DNA from: Bacteroidota bacterium
GTDB lineage: Bacteria; Bacteroidota; Bacteroidia; Bacteroidales; FEN-979
Direction: 5' to 3'
DNA length: 61,648 nt
NCBI GenBank assembly: GCA_037131145.1
Contig: JBAXRP010000003.1
Coordinates: 1-61,648, forward strand
This document shows, in pieces, positions 57,576-61,648 of the stretch. The translations under genes and the position numbers were made by a program. The first letter of the stretch is position 1; each line of letters opens with the position of its first letter. The notes under the pieces are model-generated. The model saw only the letters and a program-made list of their open reading frames with translations. It searched no databases and was not told where the DNA came from.

Positions 57576-58826
57576 ATGAATTCAGAAATTCTTCAGCAGG
57601 TCTTAGCCGACCAAAAGCAAATGGTGGCAAGAAAATACCGGGGCGTTCCGAGAATGGTAAACCTGTCCATGCACCGGCAATCGGATATGATCACCGTAAT
57701 ATCAGGAGTAAGGCGTTCGGGCAAATCAACGCTCACGCTTCAATTGGCCGATCAATATCCTGCTTTTCATTTCATCACCTTCGACGACGAGCGATTGATA
57801 AACTTCACCGTCAACGATTTCAATGCTCTGTTGATCGAGATGAAAAGGACAGGCGATGCTAAAACCATTGTTTTGGATGAGGTACAACTTGTTCCGGGGT
57901 GGGAACGATTCGTCAGGCGGTTACATGACGAAGGTTACAAGGCAATCATCACAGGAAGCAATGCAAAACTTCTCAGTTCTGAGTTGGCTACACACCTTAC
58001 CGGCAGATATCTGAAAACCGAACTCTATCCTTTCTCATTTGCCGAATATCTCCTTTTCAAAGGAATTGATCCTGCGGATAAATCGAGTGACAATGCCGCC
58101 CGTATTCTCACGGCATTCGACGATTATCTTTTAAATGGCGGATTTCCGGAGTATTTGAAATCAAACGAGCCGGAAGTTTTAAAGAGGATTTATGATGATA
58201 TTGTTTACCGGGATTTGATCGTTCGTTTCGGGATCAGGAATGTTACGGCGTTTAAAAATCTGGCACAGTATCTCTTTACCAATTTCTCTGGTGAAACAGG
58301 TTATCTTCCCCTGGCATCTTTATTGGGCATTCAAAGTTCGGCGAGCATTAAAGAGTATTTTTCCGTTCTGACTGAGGGATACTTGATTTTTGAACTGACA
58401 AAATATGACTTTTCGCTGAAACGCCAATATGCCTCGATCCGGAAAATTTATGTGATTGACAATGGTTTGCGAAATGTTGTATCCTTTCGCACATCAGCAG
58501 ATTCGGGTCGTTTGCTCGAAAATACAGTTTTTCTTGAATTGAAAAGACGAGGGTTTGAAGTTTGGTACTACAAGACCGGCAATAACCGCGAAACAGATTT
58601 TCTGATAAACCCGGCGAATCCAATGTTGATTCAGGTTTGTTACGAAATGCAAAATCCAAAGACAAGGAAAAGAGAGATTGATTCTTTGTTGGCTTGCATG
58701 AAAGAGGTAAACAGCGCCGAGGGATTGATCCTGACTAAGAATGAGGAAGAGGCAATTGAAACGGGAAATGAGACGATTAGGGTGGTTCCTGTTTGGAAGT
58801 GGTGTTTGGGAGCTGAAAAGATATGA
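57576..58826 (+). CDS. AAA_14 ATPase with DUF4143 domain
   Basis: GVRRSGKST, LDEVQ, TGSNA, GGFPE, KIYVIDNG, LLEN.V, ETDF, IQVCY. Confidence 0.92.
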   Translation: MNSEILQQVLADQKQMVARKYRGVPRMVNLSMHRQSDMITVISGVRRSGKSTLTLQLADQYPAFHFITFDDERLINFTVNDFNALLIEMKRTGDAKTIVLDEVQLVPGWERFVRRLHDEGYKAIITGSNAKLLSSELATHLTGRYLKTELYPFSFAEYLLFKGIDPADKSSDNAARILTAFDDYLLNGGFPEYLKSNEPEVLKRIYDDIVYRDLIVRFGIRNVTAFKNLAQYLFTNFSGETGYLPLASLLGIQSSASIKEYFSVLTEGYLIFELTKYDFSLKRQYASIRKIYVIDNGLRNVVSFRTSADSGRLLENTVFLELKRRGFEVWYYKTGNNRETDFLINPANPMLIQVCYEMQNPKTRKREIDSLLACMKEVNSAEGLILTKNEEEAIETGNETIRVVPVWKWCLGAEKI

Positions 58827-58838
58827 TAACCTGAGCGC

Positions 58839-60173
58839 CTATTGCCTAATAAGTTTTACCGTTTCAGCCCTTCCATCCGTGACCACCCGGATAAAATAAA
58901 CGCCCACAGTCCTCTCTGACAAAGAGAATTCATGTTTACGTTCTCCATTGAGCGTTTCAGAATGTAACTTTTCACCCCTGATTCCAAAAACATAAACCTG
59001 AAACTTAACCGGAATTTCCCCTTTTAAATCAACAATGAATTTTCCTGTTGTAGGGTTCGGATATATTTTTACCGATGAATTTTCTGAAACCATAGAAGGT
59101 GTTGATGTTATCTCATTCTCCATTAACACGGCAGGCATTGTCGGCGTTTTGCAAAATGGGCCTCCCGGTGAAATCTGACCAAGCATATAACCTCCGGATT
59201 CAACAATTGTATTGGGAAAATAGATGATCTTCTCCCCGGCGATCATTGTACCGATTCCTCCGGTCTGAATGGTAAATGTGGCGCCGTTTCCGGCAACAGT
59301 AATGGTTTGAAGCGCATCATAACAGTTGGTTTGTCCATTAGAAATAGTTCCGGATGATATTGCCGTCTGTTCCGTTGGTCCCACGAATGTGAATTGCGCG
59401 CTTACAACGCCGCTCCATTGACCGATAACATCCCTGAACTGGATATGGATCCAATGATCGCCAATTGACAAGTTACCGGCATAAATGTTTTGAACAAATT
59501 GATACGGGTTTACCGGTGTTGGTAAATTTTGACTCACCATGGCTGAATTTGTCATGTCGAACCAATACCGGTATCCTGAGATTAAATTGTTTGTGAAAGG
59601 AGAAACCCCGATTTTGAAGATTACCGCTGTGATTACCGAACTCCATTGATCAGAATCATCCTTGTACCTGATATGAAAATTGTGAAGTCCCAATGGTAAT
59701 GATGCCGTAGTAAGGACTGTATTCAAAATATAGGTCGGCTGGGGCGTAACCGACTGGACAACTTTAGCCGAATATTCATTGTCAAACCAGTATTCGTAAG
59801 CAATAAGTTCTCCTCCGGTGGCAGGTAATGCCGGTTGTTTAAAAAAATATTTACTTATTACCGAACTCCATTTCCCTGTATCATCTTTGAAGCGGAGATG
59901 GAAACAATGCAATCCGATTGGCAAACCAGGGGTTGGGAGACCCATATTCAGCGTAAATGGATTGCCTGATCCGGAAAATCCGGTTACCCGTTCGGAATAT
60001 TGATCATCGTACCAGTATTCATAAACCGTCAACATCCCGCTGCTGTTATCATTCCCAATGGTATCACCGATGAAAATCTGATACAGTGGAGAATACCGGT
60101 TCAGCGAAAAAACCGTACAATGAATATGTATTAGGAACAAAATAATGATTACAGAAAATATTTTTCTCTTCAT
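58839..60173 (-). CDS. T9SS-secreted protein with three YxYWFD repeats
   Basis: Three Y(E/R)YW(Y/F)D...G.H..H.(R/Q)(F/Y)(K/R)D...WS repeats; CTD IYPNPTTG...GVYFIRV...KLIRQ; ATG 60173 gives a signal peptide. Confidence 0.8.
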   Translation of the reverse strand: MKRKIFSVIIILFLIHIHCTVFSLNRYSPLYQIFIGDTIGNDNSSGMLTVYEYWYDDQYSERVTGFSGSGNPFTLNMGLPTPGLPIGLHCFHLRFKDDTGKWSSVISKYFFKQPALPATGGELIAYEYWFDNEYSAKVVQSVTPQPTYILNTVLTTASLPLGLHNFHIRYKDDSDQWSSVITAVIFKIGVSPFTNNLISGYRYWFDMTNSAMVSQNLPTPVNPYQFVQNIYAGNLSIGDHWIHIQFRDVIGQWSGVVSAQFTFVGPTEQTAISSGTISNGQTNCYDALQTITVAGNGATFTIQTGGIGTMIAGEKIIYFPNTIVESGGYMLGQISPGGPFCKTPTMPAVLMENEITSTPSMVSENSSVKIYPNPTTGKFIVDLKGEIPVKFQVYVFGIRGEKLHSETLNGERKHEFSLSERTVGVYFIRVVTDGRAETVKLIRQ

Positions 60174-60222
60174 AATGAATCCCTTTATCCTTGTGAATGC
60201 AAGAGTTATTATCAAATCAATA

Positions 60223-61206
60223 TTAATGATCCTGAGCTGCAACTTTTATATTGACGTTCAGATTCCCGCTTTGGTCCGTGGCTCCGGAAATATTTTTATA
60301 CTGAAAATGGGGATTAAAGGGCACGGAGCCATCCTTCCACGGATACAATCCACCGTAAATGCCGATATCAGTCCCGTCGGTTCCTGCATTCTTGCCGGGG
60401 CAGTTTGGTTGTAAATGGTAATCGTCGGTATAACTAAAGGTATTGCTGTTTTGGTTAACAAAAATGGTGTTCCATGGCTGATTCACGATATTATTTGTCC
60501 CGACATTGGTCCCGAACGGAAAAGTAAAATTTCCGACAAACAAATTATTATTAAAGGTTGAATTCGAAACAAAACTGATATCGTAAGGCCACCGAAAAAC
60601 ATTATTCTCAAACAATGAATAAAGTCCGGTAATCCAACTATGAAAAATATTATTTTTAAACATGGTGTTGGCATTTACGGATGTAAAGTTCATACTACAG
60701 AAGATAATATTGTTAAAAAACGAACAATCGTGAAAACTTCCATTAAAATTATTTCCTTGAAATATATTCTCAATAAAAGTAAAGTTGCTATAGGATTGAT
60801 TCAAATCAATATTGGCTAATATATTACAGCGGGATACAGTATATGAGGTGACCGTGTCATTTGTACCTTGTATTCTTCCTGTAATATAAACACCTGTCAG
60901 GCTTCCATTATCAGCTCCTGCTGCCAACACTACGTTACCGATTAATGATGTTGAAAAAGTAGCGAGGGTCGAATCGGGATTATGTCCGACGCCGATAATG
61001 TGCAGGCGTTTATGGATTGGTTGGCTTATGTTCCATGAGCCTCCGGGGATATAGATGGTATCGCCGTTTTGTGAATGGACAATGGCGCTGTCAACCTGCA
61101 GGTAAAAAGCAGGGGCGCCGCCGTTTTGAACGGCAATAAGGTTTTGCGCGGTAATGCTGGTAAATGCTGCCAATAAGAAAAATGCAGAGATGATGAATTT
61201 TTTCAT
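60223..61206 (-). CDS. Secreted right-handed beta-helix protein
   Basis: Signal peptide, GDTIYIPGG, repeated (F)xNNIF, DYHLQ...AGTDGTDIGIYGG. Confidence 0.75.
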   Translation of the reverse strand: MKKFIISAFFLLAAFTSITAQNLIAVQNGGAPAFYLQVDSAIVHSQNGDTIYIPGGSWNISQPIHKRLHIIGVGHNPDSTLATFSTSLIGNVVLAAGADNGSLTGVYITGRIQGTNDTVTSYTVSRCNILANIDLNQSYSNFTFIENIFQGNNFNGSFHDCSFFNNIIFCSMNFTSVNANTMFKNNIFHSWITGLYSLFENNVFRWPYDISFVSNSTFNNNLFVGNFTFPFGTNVGTNNIVNQPWNTIFVNQNSNTFSYTDDYHLQPNCPGKNAGTDGTDIGIYGGLYPWKDGSVPFNPHFQYKNISGATDQSGNLNVNIKVAAQDH

Positions 61207-61331
61207 GGAATTTGTCTTTAACGGGTTAATACTTTTGATGAAGAAGGAACCGTTTTGATCATCGGGATAGGCAATGGAAATTTACGCGAAAAGATGTAAA
61301 ATATTTTAGAGATACCAATTTTGAGTAATCG

Positions 61332-61648
61332 TCAATTGGATTTGACCCAATGAAACACATCCCTGATTAAGCACCACCGATGAATTGTTGTTCCGGTCTG
61401 GATTCCATCCATCCATTGTTTTTCCTGCCCGGCAGAAAAACCTTCCGTTTTCTTGAGATCAAGCCAATAGTCGAGGTAGCGTGCGATCTGCCCGGCTCCC
61501 GGCGGCATAAAGTAGGCAAATAAAAAAGGGCTTCCAAAGTCGGCAGGCGCCACGGCAGTGTAACCGGGGCGGGAACGCGCATAAGCCCTTGCCTGTACAA
61601 GTGTCCAAAGCGCCATATCAATTTCGGGTCGTTTTGTCATCTCAAAAT
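61332..61648 (-). CDS. C-terminal fragment of a substrate-binding-domain protein (possibly a cation:dicarboxylate symporter-PBP fusion)
   Basis: Frame is open to the window end; YLDYWLDLK and terminal RWCLIRDVFHWV motif. Confidence 0.55.
   Translation of the reverse strand, partial: FEMTKRPEIDMALWTLVQARAYARSRPGYTAVAPADFGSPFLFAYFMPPGAGQIARYLDYWLDLKKTEGFSAGQEKQWMDGIQTGTTIHRWCLIRDVFHWVKSN

Overview
Bacteroidota chromosome segment, probably from an anaerobic Bacteroidales-like organism: it has TAnnTTTG promoters, T9SS C-terminal domains and a bat operon. 1-7.8 kb: four secreted cohesin/dockerin proteins with no visible catalytic domain, plus a PID-CTERM mini-protein. 8.4-31 kb: AT-rich glycosylation region around tmRNA, with three TMTC-like GT-C/TPR proteins, YfhO, a split transketolase, an SDR-GtrB fusion, methyltransferases, Wzx, a glycosyltransferase, a deacetylase, gpsA and an orphan histidine kinase. 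31-47.8 kb: core genes (yihY family, nadC, rlmH, moxR-batABCDE, pyrE, NUDIX). 47.8-54.7 kb: a visibly GC-richer complete hdrCBA-flxDCBA electron-bifurcation operon. 54.7-58.8 kb: a plasticity zone (truncated higA, REP-like palindromes, vapBC, nuclease pseudogene, exonuclease, AAA/DUF4143 ATPase). The window ends with a secreted gene pair and a truncated CDS. The best candidate for a new system is a non-cellulosomal cohesin-dockerin surface scaffold, possibly with piggyback T9SS export, next to a TMTC-like glycosylation pathway that may use an unusual lipid-linked sugar. All family assignments come from motif recognition by eye; no searches were run.
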